From: the human T2T-CHM13v2.0 reference genome, Homo sapiens
NCBI RefSeq assembly: GCF_009914755.1
Contig: NC_060926.1
Strand: one strand, 5' to 3'
DNA length: 64,000 nucleotides
In this document: in pieces, positions 1 to 11,480 of the stretch
How positions within the stretch are numbered: the stretch's first letter is position 1
Layout: every line of letters starts with the position of its first letter
Notes under the pieces: generated by a model
What the model saw: the letters and a program-made list of their open reading frames with translations, nothing else
Told to the model about the DNA's origin: nothing
The model's database searches: none
Translations under genes and position numbers: made by a program

Positions 1-99
1 TCGGGAAGCCTGCAAGGATGGTGGTGGCAGGAGGAGCTCAGCCGAAGTGGAAGAAGGTTCGTTCAAATGCTGAGGCTCTGCTCCTGCTTCTGGAATCCT

Positions 100-179
100 G
101 TGAAATGGCCCAGACCAGAGCTGGCTTCACCTCATCACAGGGAGAGTGGTGCATCCAGTCCTGGTCTCAGGCCATGCCC
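100..179 (-). ncRNA. MIR4786: pre-miRNA hairpin hsa-mir-4786 (5p arm ~148-169, 3p arm ~108-129)
   Basis: Reverse complement GGGCAUGGCCUGAGACCAGGACUGGAUGCACC...GGUGAAGCCAGCUCUGGUCUGGGCCAUUUCAC folds into a long stem. It matches my recollection of mir-4786, which is annotated downstream of NDUFA10. Confidence 0.88.
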
Positions 180-413
180 ACAGGCCAACGCATCCCTGGA
201 GCCTCCACTTCTTACGGAGAGTTTCAACTCACAGTTATCTTCCCATGTCTGCCAGAGGCATTGCAAGACTCCCTGTCTCCAGATCCCAAGCACAGAGGCG
301 GCCTGGGGCTCCGCTTGTGTACCAGTGGGACTCAGGCTTGGTGGCAGGTCAGAGCCACACGAATCTGCCTTCTGCTCTACTCTGAAATCTTTTGCTTATT
401 TTATTGGCTACTA

Positions 414-584
414 ATTTTTCTTTCTTTTTTTTTGAGATGGGGTCTCACAGTGCCACACAGGCTGGATGGAGTGCAGTGGCGCAATCAGAGCTCACTGCAG
501 CCCCAATTTCCTGGGCTCAAGTGATCCTCCCGCCTCAGCCTCCCAAAGTGTTGGGATTACAGGCGTGAGCCACTACACCTGGTC
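414..584 (-). mobile_element. Alu monomer (FRAM/AluJ-type)
   Basis: T-tract followed by gagatggggtctcac...cctcccaaagtgttgggattacaggcgtgagccac; single arm only. Confidence 0.85.
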
Positions 585-3500
585 TTTGGCTACAAATTTT
601 CAAAGTGTATGGCCTTGTTTGTTTTCTGCTGGGATTATTTTTCTAGTTTTTCCTTTCTATTCTGTTAGGGACTGGGGGCAGGACACTGTGATTCCGCTTA
701 ATCCTGCTGTCTTTGACATTTTTTTAATGTCCATGAGCAGGGACAAATCTTAGTCTCATAAGAATGTGCCTGATTTGGGAAGCAGGCCTCACTCAGCACC
801 GACCGCCCCTCCTGGCACAGCACTGGCATCCCCTGGTGTTCCATAAACACAGAGACTGAGAGATGAGCAGACGAGTATGGGCCCTGGATGCTCCCTGCAG
901 CCCCTCTGCAGAGCTGGACCTGCAGTCCAAGACTCCTTGGGGATGAGGGGTCTAGGGTTTAGTCCCTGTCCCTGGACAGTGATGGAGCTAAAGGCATGGG
1001 GCAGCGTCTGTCCCTTTTATGGGGGGCAGCTGAGGCTGCTGGGGGCAGTGCCTGTCCCGAGATGTCCCCAGACTCAGGTGCTCTGCTCCTTCCTTCCCAT
1101 AAATCCTGGGCCTCCCCTGTGTCCTAAGGGCCTGCGGCCACCTGGCTAGTCCTGTTGCTGGTCCTCCTCCAGGTGCAGGGCACCGGTGCCCGCACAATGA
1201 GCCACCCTGCCCCTGACCACTGCAGCCAGGCCCCTGAGAGGAGGCACATGACTCAGCCCACCCCCTCCTGGCATTGTTATCCTCCTGCCAAGATCCTGAG
1301 GCCATGCCAGAAAGGACCTGGGGCCAGCCTAGACCTTTCCATCATTTCACGTAGGCAGCAGCCTTGCCAAAGTCCCCGGGGGCAGAGCGGCTGTTTGGGT
1401 CTGGCGTCTGCTCCAGCCTGGCGTCCCCCATGCTAAGTGTGGCCCCAGGGCCAGCGCCGCAGGCTGAGATCCCAAGGCTGCATCTCTGGCTCGGACCTCT
1501 GGTCACGGCTCAGGCTGGGTGCCTGGCTGGCCACCTCCCCTCACAGTGCTGTCAGACTCTCAGTGAGCTCATGGCGGGAAATGATTACCTTTCCATGTGA
1601 ATTCAGGCCGGGTCTGGACAAGTGAGGAGGTGCACTTTCCTCCACATCTGTTTGAAAGTGATTTTCTTCATGGAACTGGCAGCGCGGATCAAGAAAAATG
1701 ACTCAGAACCGACAAAAACTCCAGGTCTTCCAAGGAAACAAAATCAAACACCAGTGTGCCTAATGGAAGCCTCTGGCAGCCTGGAGAGTGCAGCTCGACA
1801 GCCCCTGGTGGTCCCAGGGCCTCTGCTCGCTCGTTAGCCAGGGTTTCCAGCTCAAGGAGCAAGCTCTGTCCACGCCCAGAGCCACCTGCCCCTGTCCCCA
1901 GAGCCTTGGGGCCATAGTAACTTTGGAGGAAACTGGTCCCCAAAGCTCGGCCAACCCGCCACCATCCGCAATAGAAGGCAAAGGCTGCAGGACCACCCTA
2001 GGTGGGGGGCACACTGGCCCTCCCAGGCTGCACCCCGCGCCCAGAGCTCATCTCCAGACACAGCCATGGGGGTGACTTCCCAGGGGGCCTGTGGAGGCTG
2101 CTTTATTGCAAGGTGCCTCCCCGAGACAGAATTCCATGGTTTTGGTAGCAGACTCCCAGGCAAGCCTCCCTGCCTCTCCTCTCTCTATCCTCTACAGAAA
2201 CCCAGGCACGTGTACAGCCATCAGAGCCCCGGCACCCCTCCCGCAGGAGGGCCTGACTGGGGAGGAAATGACAAGCCACTTCTCAGGTCACCGGCAGGCG
2301 TTGAGCAGGCCGCTCTGCAGACGCTGGGCTCCTTCATTTGCACAACCGCAGCGGCAGCGCCATCATTCCTCCTGCTTTGCAGCCAGGAAGACACGAGCTC
2401 ACAGATCAGCAATTTGCCCAAAGTCACGCTGCTGCTGAGTGGAGACAGGAAATCAGAGCCTCCTTGCTACCCAGACCAAGCTCCTCACCTCTGAGCGTCG
2501 CTCCAGCTCCTTTCAAAGACGCTGGGAGGCCCCTCGGGGGAAGAGCGGACACCCCAACCGGAACGCAGGCTGCACCGCGAGGCTCCCTGCGCCCCACCGA
2601 GCCGGTCAGGGCTGCAGTCTACCCCGTATGGCCAGGCTGGGAGGATCCTGGGGGCTGAGGCTCCCTCCAGGGAGGACTTGGCCACACACTGGTCCTTCAT
2701 GAACAGTTTTCTCATGGAATGGATCGATTGGCCCTGGGATGAAAACCAGCATGTCAGAGCAGAAGCATCTCCAGAGCTTCCACCCAGTTACTTTGTATTT
2801 TTTAAACACACAATGAATGTGCACACCAAGAGAAGTGCTGCAGCTCAACCAGGCATCACGGCCAAACGTGCAGAGTGGACCACTCCAGACCCCCCTGAAG
2901 GCCGTCCCCAGGCTGCAAGGGCCCACAGGCTCCGGGACTGCAAGCCAGAAGCACCCTGTGTGCAACCCAGGTGCCTGGAGCAGGAGGGTGGAAGACACTG
3001 CGCTGAGAATGGGATCCGCTTGCGGACAGGAAGCAGCCCAGAGCCTCACATAATGAGCTGCACCCCCAGACCAGGACAGGAGAGGAGGGCCCCAGGGATT
3101 CCGTTCTGAACAGGGAGCCCAGGCTTCCAGGGCAGACGTGTCCCTTGCAGGTTTCCAGAGAGAGGGGCCACACCTTGGCAGCTGTGTGTGTTCGGCCCCT
3201 GCTCCAGTGACTTCTCGAAGTCGAGGAAGGATGGCTGCACGCTCCTCCCACCTGCTCCTCCTCAGCCCCAGCTGGGGCTCTGTCACCCTCCCAGGTGGCA
3301 CCTGGCCACTCAAGCCACTCAAATCCCAGGTGGTCATGAGCCCTGCACTCCATACCACAGCTCCGGCCCCAGCCCCAGCAGACGGGGAGATGGGTGCAGT
3401 GATGAGCTGGGAGGGTTTCCGAAGGGTAGTGTGTTACTAGGGGAAGACGTTGTCCCTTGCCACCCTCTGTGGAATTAGCTCGTTAACCCGCATGCTCTGT

Positions 3501-3944
3501 ATGAGGTGCTGGGCCTGCAAACCCCTCAGTGATGCCTCCGGGGCCCTCCCCGCAGGCACTGCGCTCAGGGCCACGGAGTGGGTCTCAAGCCCAAGGGCTC
3601 ACTGCAATCACAAACACCCCCACACCGTTCAGGTATCCAGGTCAACACTCACGGACGCTACACCTTCTCCAGCCCAGCTCCAGCTCATCTCGATGAATCC
3701 CTTTGTTGTCCACATTAAAGCTTTGAGTTCAACGGCTCCTGACGCTGGTGCAGGACCTCCCTGAAGGAGGCAGGACCGAGGTTTTGTCAGGCACGCCTGA
3801 CATGGATGTGTGCCCAGGTGTGCTAAATGCACTCACTCCCTTTGGTCAGATTTTGGGGAAAGTCAGAGTGAGGCTCCTGCAGGCAGAGAGAAGGCTACAA
3901 GCACAAGCTCTGGGGCCAGAGGGCCCCATGCTGGAAATGCCTGC

Positions 3945-4035
3945 TGTGTGTCTTTGATGTCCTGCCTAACTTCTCTGAACCTCAGGCCGCCTTTGGTGAA
4001 ATGAGGATAAGGCCACGGCCTCACAGGGTTGGCGG
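3945..4035 (+). mobile_element. MIR fragment
   Basis: taacttctctgaacctcag...gtgaaatgaggataa...cctcacagggttg resembles the MIR core. Confidence 0.55.
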
Positions 4036-4889
4036 AAGGAGGGAACCCTGCGTGAAGTGCCAGGGCAGTGCCCAGGAGATGGATGCCCAGCCCATGGTGG
4101 TGGGTGCTGTGCCTCCCATGGGACTCCTCAGTCCTGAAGCCCGGTGCTCAGCAGGTAGTGTGGGTGGGATCCTGGGTAAGGAGCTGGGATCCAGGCTGCA
4201 GTGCAGCCCCTTCCTCATGGGTACAGAATCCCTGGAGGCCTAGGCCAGGCCATCTGGGGCCGTCCCGCCTGCTCACACTGCTTAGACCAAGGCCCTGGAC
4301 ATTATCTGGCAGCAGGCATCCGAGCCTGGGAATACCAAGAAGTCATACCAGGACAGCCCTATACCAATGCAGGTGCCTAAGGCCTACATCCCACACCAAC
4401 TCCCAGAGCCCCCAGGGACAGAGCTCCTGAGGCCCACAGAGGAAAATGGCTCAGTGACTGTCCTGTGTGCCTGCCTTCTGCACGCCCCGCTGGGCTTCCT
4501 GCAGCCACAGCCAAATGCTCGGCCTAAGGAAGAAGCTGGACAAAGACCGGGAGGCAGCTGCTACCAGATACAGACAGGGACAGTCCCTGCCTCACCAGGG
4601 CCCAGTAAGCCCCGCCCTCTCTGCGCACCAGACACAGACAGGGACGGCTCCTGACTCTCTGAGGCCCAGAGCAAGCCCTGCCCTCCCCGCCGAGCCCCAG
4701 GCCTCCAGGCCCAGGGTCCTGTGAGGGTCCTCCCGGGGCTCCTCTCACACACCGGCCTTCCTGCTGCCGTGAGCTCCTCCATCCACTGAAGGCCTCAAAG
4801 ACTATGCAACAGGCCAGCCCAGCTCTTGTTGCCAGATGGCAAGAGGGATGAGGGCTCCAGGAAGCACGGGGTGGTGCCTCAACACGCCC

Positions 4890-5061
4890 ACGGCAGCGAC
4901 ATAACCTGTGGCCCCCAGTGCAAGATGAAAATGGGAGGCTCTGGTCCAAAACTTGTTCAGACTTTCAGGACGGCCACAGCTGAACATTAAATCAAGTGTG
5001 GGCCCTTCTTGAGCGTGGGCACTGGGTGAACATGGAGGTCACATGTGCATAGGTGGCCCTG
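4890..5061 (-). mobile_element. MER45A-like hAT DNA transposon fossil
   Basis: ccagtgcaagatgaaaatg...cattaaatcaagtgtgggcccttcttgagcgtggg...ggccctg matches the reverse MER45A consensus as recalled. Confidence 0.6.
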
Positions 5062-6177
5062 CCCTTCAAGCTGGTCTTCCGAGGCCAAGTTAGCCAATTT
5101 ACATCCTCTGGTGGTGAGGTGGAGGAGGTGAGGTCGGGGGACAAGCTCTGTCGTCACTACAGCTGTTTGAGCAAAAGTCCAGAGGTTCAGTTAACGGCAA
5201 GGTTCAGGATTGTGTACAATTCTTAGGGAAATAGCAGCTCATTTCCACCAACACTTAAGAGCTAGAACCTCCTGGGCCCTGCCCACACGTCCGTCCCTCT
5301 TCCCAGCCTCAGCCACGCATTCCAGAGACGAAGCCAGGCTGTGCTCCGGACAATGGCCTCCAGGCTGCTCTTCTCCCTTTGGCCCCTCAAGGCCCTGTTC
5401 AGAGGCTCCCTGTGGTCTCATTCAAGGCTGCTCTGCAGCTGGGTCCTGAGCCCCCAGGGGACAGAAAGTAACCGACATCTCCACAGCCTCCGCTCCATGA
5501 GTGGCGACGGAAAAGTAACAGGCGTTCAAAACATGCACTCACTTGACGTTGTTCAGGGTCTACAGCCCACTGTCCATTTTGCAGCTGTAAGTGGAGTCGC
5601 TGGAAAACCCAATGTAAAAAGCAGCAGGCCTGCCCGAGCAAAGCTGCCAAGGCTAAAAGCCCCAGCCATCTTGAAAGCACAAATACACGTCGGTGGGACC
5701 CGGATCCTGACTCGAGCCTCCAGCGTTCCAAATACAAGGACAAACTAGGGATTGCAAAGGCGGCTCAGATGCCAGCCTGACGACGCAACTCAGTATGTCC
5801 CTTCATCTTCCACAAATCCAGGCCTCCAGTGTCTGGGACAGAAAAAACTAGAGCCAGCCGAGGTGGCCCTCCCTCCTTGGGGACTTCACCAAGCCTCGAG
5901 CCATCCTGGCCTAGGCAGGAGCCAGCAGAGGCCTGTGTATTTATTTTGCAGGGAACAGTTCACACAAAGATAAAGCGTGCAGGAGTCCAGAAGAGAAGGC
6001 TCTCTACTTCAAATGCAGTGTCTCAGAAGTCACAGGGCACCCCCTTCTGCCCCTGGAGCCCCCAACCCTTCCTTGCTCCCCTGGAGCCCCCAACCCCAAG
6101 CTTCCTGCCTTGCAGGCTTTCTCATTGCTTTAACCCCACGAATGCAATGGACACATGTCCCTCTTTGGGACGGATGT

Positions 6178-6289
6178 ATGAGAGCTCATTATGACCAGGA
6201 TAGCGTCGGGATTTTAAGGTAAAATCAAAGCAAACCAACTGCTGATTGAGCGACTTCTTCCAACACTGATACGGATAGGAGCTTGGGGC
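6178..6289 (+). repeat. 112-bp dispersed direct repeat, copy 1
   Basis: 109/112 identical to 7651-7762. Confidence 0.95.
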
Positions 6290-6359
6290 AGGAATGAGCA
6301 CCAGCATTTGTGTCTGAGGAGTGAGATGCACGGCTCGGAGGGCGAAGCGAGTTAGCAAT

Positions 6360-7037
6360 TGTACAGATCAGCTTTAGACATCCAACCCGACTGGACTACA
6401 GCTGCCCAGGTATTTGGTCAAACATGATTTTTGGGGTGTATCTGTGGGGGATGAGATCAGCATGTGACCTGGTGGATTCGGGAAGGCAGGCGGCACTCCC
6501 CAGCGTGGGCAGGCATCCTCCAGTCCACTGGGGGTCTGGAAAGAACAGAAAGGTGGTGGAAGAAAGAATTCCCACTCTCTGCCTGTTTTTTGTTTTTTGC
6601 TTTTGTTTGTTTGTTTTTTAGAGACAAGGTCTTCTCTGTTGCTCAGGCTGGAGTGCAAACTCCTGGGCTCAAGCAATCCTCCCACCTCAGCCTCCCACGT
6701 AGCTGGGACAACAGGCATGTGCCACCACACTTTTACTTTTTGAAGAGACAAGGCCTCATCTATGTTGCCCGGGCTGGTCTCCAACTCAGCCTCAAGCGAT
6801 CCTCCCACCTCAGCCTCCCAAAGCACTCGGATTACAGGCGCGAGCCACCATACCTGACACTGGCCTGTTGAGGTGGGACATTGGTCTTCCCTTGGACTGG
6901 AACTTGCACCACTGGCTCTCCTGGGTCTCCAGCTTGCAGACAGCAGATCTTGGGGCTTCTGAGCCTCCAGAATCCTTGTAACTGTCTCCATATCTGTTCA
7001 TCCTGTGGGTCCTGGTCTCAGGAGAGCCCTGACTGAG
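6360..7037 (+). mobile_element. MLT2-family (ERVL) LTR interrupted by an Alu
   Basis: ctgcccaggtatttggtcaaacatgatttttggggtgtatctgtg at the 5' end; end motif gtctcaggagagccctgact. Confidence 0.7.
6586..6858 (-). mobile_element. AluJ-type SINE nested in the MLT2 LTR
   Basis: T-rich tail, ctcctgggctcaagcaatcctcccacctcagcc, cccaaagcactcggattacaggcgcgagccacc. Confidence 0.9.
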
Positions 7038-7650
7038 CCTGAACCTGGACTCACCACATTCCATCTGGGAGACTGGGGAGGTCCCACCCTAGAGCCTATT
7101 TTCTTACGTACATAATGGGAGAAAAATCAGGCCGTCCCCACCTGCAGCCAAGCTTGCTGTGAGAATCTAGGGAGGGGACACACCTCAGAGTGGGCTCATG
7201 AAGTGGTGGCAGAGATTTAGAAAGGTTTCCAGTCCTTATAGCCCCTCCGCCCCATGCTGTGTGGCTTTGGTCCACCCTCAGCAGTACAGGCTGGCCCTGT
7301 TATAAAGAAGCTGAGATGATGCATCTCCTACAGCCAGACGGCTGCCCACCACTCACAGCTTCCTCAGGGATCCCTCAGGCCCCCGAGTCCTTGAGCGGGC
7401 AAGAGGTCTCCTGTGGGCATGCCTTGGCCCAAGCAGGAGGCTCAGGGCTCCCGACCCACCACCTTCTTTTTCAGACGGCTCCAGTCCACCAAGCTGCCCC
7501 CTCGGGGCATGACCTTTGGAAATCTGAGGAACGGTTCCTCCTTGCTCCCCGAAGACTCTGTTTTTAGGCATCTGAAGTGTAGATGTAAACATTGACCTTT
7601 CCCACTTGTGTTTAGACCTGGTGTCCTCGGTGTAAGGACCCCACACACGG

Positions 7651-7762
7651 ATGAGAGCTCATTATGACCAGGATAGCGTCAGGATTTTAAGGTAAAATCA
7701 AAGCAAACCAACTGCTGATTGAGCGGCTTCTTCCAACACTGGTACGGATAGGAGCTTGGGGC
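7651..7762 (+). repeat. 112-bp dispersed direct repeat, copy 2 (flanked by a 13-bp direct repeat)
   Basis: Near-identical to 6178-6289. Flanks are cggtgtaaggacc (7628-7640) and cggtgtaagggcc (7762-7774). Confidence 0.95.
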
Positions 7763-10124
7763 GGTGTAAGGGCCTGTGCATGTCACATGGCCACCACGTG
7801 CAGGTGAGTGGCAGCCGCACGCCTGTCTGTCCCCGTGGTCGGCTGTGCAGACCCCTGCTCGTGCCTGCAGCTTCATCCCAGTGTCACAGAAACACCACAC
7901 AGCTCCATTCTGTGATTCAAGTAGGTGCCTGTCTAGTTGTGTGACACTGTCCAACAATTACGGGGCAATTGTTCCCACTGCTCCCATGACTGCTTCAAAG
8001 AGGCTTCAAGTCAGCGTCCCACTGGCCACCTGCTGGCCAGGGCTTCCAGTACGTTCCGCTTCAGCCCCTCGTTCCTTTGTCAGGTAGTTGCTGAGCCTGG
8101 AAGGAGTGCAGAAGGGCCCTGCTTCAGAGGATTATTGGCTTTTGAAGTGAAAAACCCTAAAACAATGCTGACACTTCCCGTTTCAGTCTCATCTCTGAGT
8201 CTGGATTTTCACTGGGGCTCTGGGGCCCTTTCCAGCAAACATCTGACCACAAGACATCAGAAGGAGAGGCTACTATTGAGACAGGGAACCCTGCAGCGAT
8301 GGGACCCGGGGTGCCCACAGGGCGTGCGGGAGGGGCCTCGGGAGGGCCACACGCTCCTGTGCTGCTGCCCTGGAGACAGGGACAATGGCTGCGTCAGCCA
8401 CCCGTGGGTTACAGAGGACAGCAGGGGGAGAGACGCAGACATTGATGACTGAGTCGTCGAAGGTGGTTGAGATTGGGAAGAAAGTGGGGCCAGGGTCTAA
8501 CGAGGCCGTTTCTCTTGTGTTCTCAGGCCTCACTTCTGAGCCTCCATAAAAGAAAAAATGCCCGTGCTGGGCAGCCGTGTCCCAGGGATGCCTGGTCAGG
8601 GTCCTCCTCTCGCCACACCCTCCCTGGGTCCCCTCAGCACCCAGTACAGGATGTGCCGGACACTGAGAAGCAGCTATGATGGAGGGGCGGCAGGCTTGGT
8701 CACAGCCGGGCGTGGAGAGTCAGGCATCTTTAAAAAACAGGGTCTAGGAAGACTCTAATGGCAAGTAAAAGAAAATGTATATAACTCTAAAGCTATCTTC
8801 CTTGTTCATTCCTAAAATTCCTAAATTTTCAGAAGTGATCATAAAGTATTTGTGTAACTAAAAAGGGGAAACAAGCCAGAGGGGTTCCCAGGCCTGGTCC
8901 CAACGGCACACCGAGGCCTCCGGCCTGGCCATGCCCTGGGCAGCGGGAAGGACAGTGGGACCCAGGAACACGAGGGCCCTGCTGACGCCTGCCCAGGCTC
9001 CTGCCTGGCTCTGTCCCTCTCGAGACCTGAGATGGTGCATGCCCTTTGGTCTCTTTCCCTCGGTAGGTGCTGTGGCATGGGTCCTGGGGTGTGGGCCGGC
9101 AGGGGCCAAAGGCTGCTGCCTGAAGTCCCACACCCACTAGAGGTCTGCACAGGAGCCGCCTGTGAGCCCACGGGATGAACCAGCAACACATGTGCCACAC
9201 CTGCTCGCAGAGGGCAGACAGCCTGGCTGCGTCCTGGAATGGGGGCTTGGTGGGGCAGACCTGCAAGCCCAGGGAGAGGAAAGGCTGCATGAAGGACTGG
9301 GTGGTGAGGAGGGGGGCGCAGGGAGGGGGCTGGCAGGGTGGGGGCCAAAGCACAAAGGGCTCTGAAGGCAGAGTGGGGAGGGGGGCCCAGGAGAAAGGAG
9401 CAGACCTCCTGGGCAGAGATGAGGATGCTGTTGTCTGTGGAAGGTGAAGAGTTCAGGAGGCCAGCACTGTGCAGCCCGCAGCAAACCCACCCCCACTGGC
9501 CGGCAGGGCCCCAACTGTGCGGCTTGAGGCTTTCCTTGGCAGCCGGTGGGCACTCACCTGCAGGCCCCATCACAAGATCTGTAGGTGGGAAGAGCTTCTG
9601 AGCACCAACAGCTTCCAGGTACCCCTGTAGGGGTTTTTCTGGGTTTTTTGAACTTCCACGATGGACAAAGCAGCCTCCCCTCTCTTCCTCCCAGAGGCCT
9701 CCCTCCCCTGGATGGGCAACCCTGTGCCAGACATGGCTATGGAGACCACCTGTCACCACACATGGGACAGCCTATGTCCACCTCTCCCCACGGTGTGCAC
9801 CACATGGGGACAGGGATGGGCCTGGGCCTGGGCCAGGGCCCCGGAGGGGTGCAGCCAGCCCACGGCAGACGCGAGGCTCTGCTGACCAAGCTGGCAAGGC
9901 AGGGCTGCTCACAGCTGCCAGAAAACGCAAGGCACAGCTGCCGACGCCAGCCCCGCTGCTCCACGCCTTCTCTGAGGCAGAAGGCCCATCTCTGTGGTGG
10001 GTGAGACCCTCCTCTCCAGCCACGTGGGAGGTAAGAAGAAGCTGAAGGGCCACCCAGAGCAGGGCCTGTGGCTGCCAGTCTCCACAGGGCCTTCTTGTCG
10101 GCCCAAGGTGGGGACTGTGGTGCA

Positions 10125-10537
10125 CAGAACAGGGCCCCAAGGACAGCCGCATCCTGATCCCCAGCTCCTGGGACATGGGACCTCGGGTGGCAAAGGGGCT
10201 GAGCAAATGGGGTTGAAGATCTTGATGGGGGGTTTCCTGGACTGAGTGGCCCAATGTCATCACAGGGGTTCTTGCACAAGGGAGGCAGCAGGGGCCAGCA
10301 GAGAGGAGAGGTGACTAGAGGAGGGGTCACAAGACCATATACGCAGGCAGCCTCTAGAAGCTGGGAAGGCCAGGAAACCAGGAAAGCTGGGAAGGCCAGG
10401 AGCCTGCAGGAGGGACCAGCCCTGCTGACACCTTGATTGGAGGCCTCCTGGCCTCCAGAACTTAGGATAATAGATCTGTGCTGCTTTAGCCGCAAAGTGC
10501 AAGGCAGCTGCTTACCGCAGCCCTAGGAAACTGCTCC
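10125..10537 (+). mobile_element. MLT1-family MaLR LTR
   Basis: ggcccaatgtcatcacaggggttctt, gcctctagaagctgg, cctgctgacaccttgatt...cctccagaact, end gcagccctaggaaact. Confidence 0.7.
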
Positions 10538-10980
10538 GCGTTGATCTGGGCTCAGCCCCAGGGAGGGGTGCCTGCCGGGTGACCTGAGCATGGTGGTGCA
10601 TGAGGCAATCAGAAACAGGAGGGTTTCTCACCCTGCAGGAGGAGCACTCGGTGTCTTCTCCGAACCTCCTACAGCTCTGGACACTCACAGTTTGCTCTCA
10701 AGTCCCCCACCTTAGTTCCACTCCCCTTCCACCACCTCCTGTGCCCTCTTAGGTGGGAAAACGCAACAGGCACCGCGAACGTAAGTAGCGGCTTGCCCCA
10801 ACCACAGGCAGCCAGGCAGAGGCTTGTCCTTAAAAGGCTGGAGGCTTCAAGGCTGTGACCATGTGGAGACAGCACAGCCAACACAGGCTCCTTCAGGAAC
10901 TGCAAACTTAAAATAGACTCCGCTTCCAAACCCACACACTGGCGTCTCTCCAGGAAGAGCGAGGTGGAGGACGCCCCCGC

Positions 10981-11480
10981 CGCCTCAGGGCTGTGACAGT
11001 GGGGAGTGGGTTCCACCTGCTGGGCTGGGCTAGGCTGAGTGACCGACCGCCTCGGGGCTGTGAAAGTGGGTTCCCCCTGCCGGGACCACTGAGTGACCAC
11101 CCCAGGACTGTGAGAGTGGGTTCCCCCTGACGGTCAGGCTGTGACTGCCTCAGGGCTGTGAGACTGGGTGCCACCTGCCAGGCCAGCTGAGTGACCACCC
11201 CAGGACTGTGAGAGTGGGTTCCCCCGACGGTCAGGCTGTGACTGCCTCAGGGCTGTGAGACTGGGTGCCACCTGCCAGGCCAGCTGAGTGACCACCCCAG
11301 GACTGTGAGAGTGGGTTCCCCCTGACGGTCAGGCTGTGACTGCCTCAGGGCTGTGAGACTGGGTGCCACCTGCCAGGCCAGCTGAGTGACCACCCCAGGA
11401 CCGTGAGAGTGGGTTCCCCCTGACGGTCGGGCTGTGACCGCCTCAGGGTTGTGAAAGTGGGCTCAACCTGCCCGGCTGGG
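10981..11480. repeat. GC-rich minisatellite, ~98-bp unit (two related half-units), ~4 copies plus degenerate flanks
   Basis: ctgagtgaccaccccagga starts at 11089, 11187, 11284 and 11382. Confidence 0.95.

Noticed and set aside
2606-3358. 250-aa minus-strand ORF and its overlapping ORFs
   Set aside because: No domain or supporting splice structure; expected by chance at high GC.
8839-10495. Long ORFs (306 aa and 252 aa)
   Set aside because: GC-rich, stop-poor DNA with overlapping ORFs on both strands, P/G/A/S bias and no recognisable domain. One runs through an MLT1 LTR.
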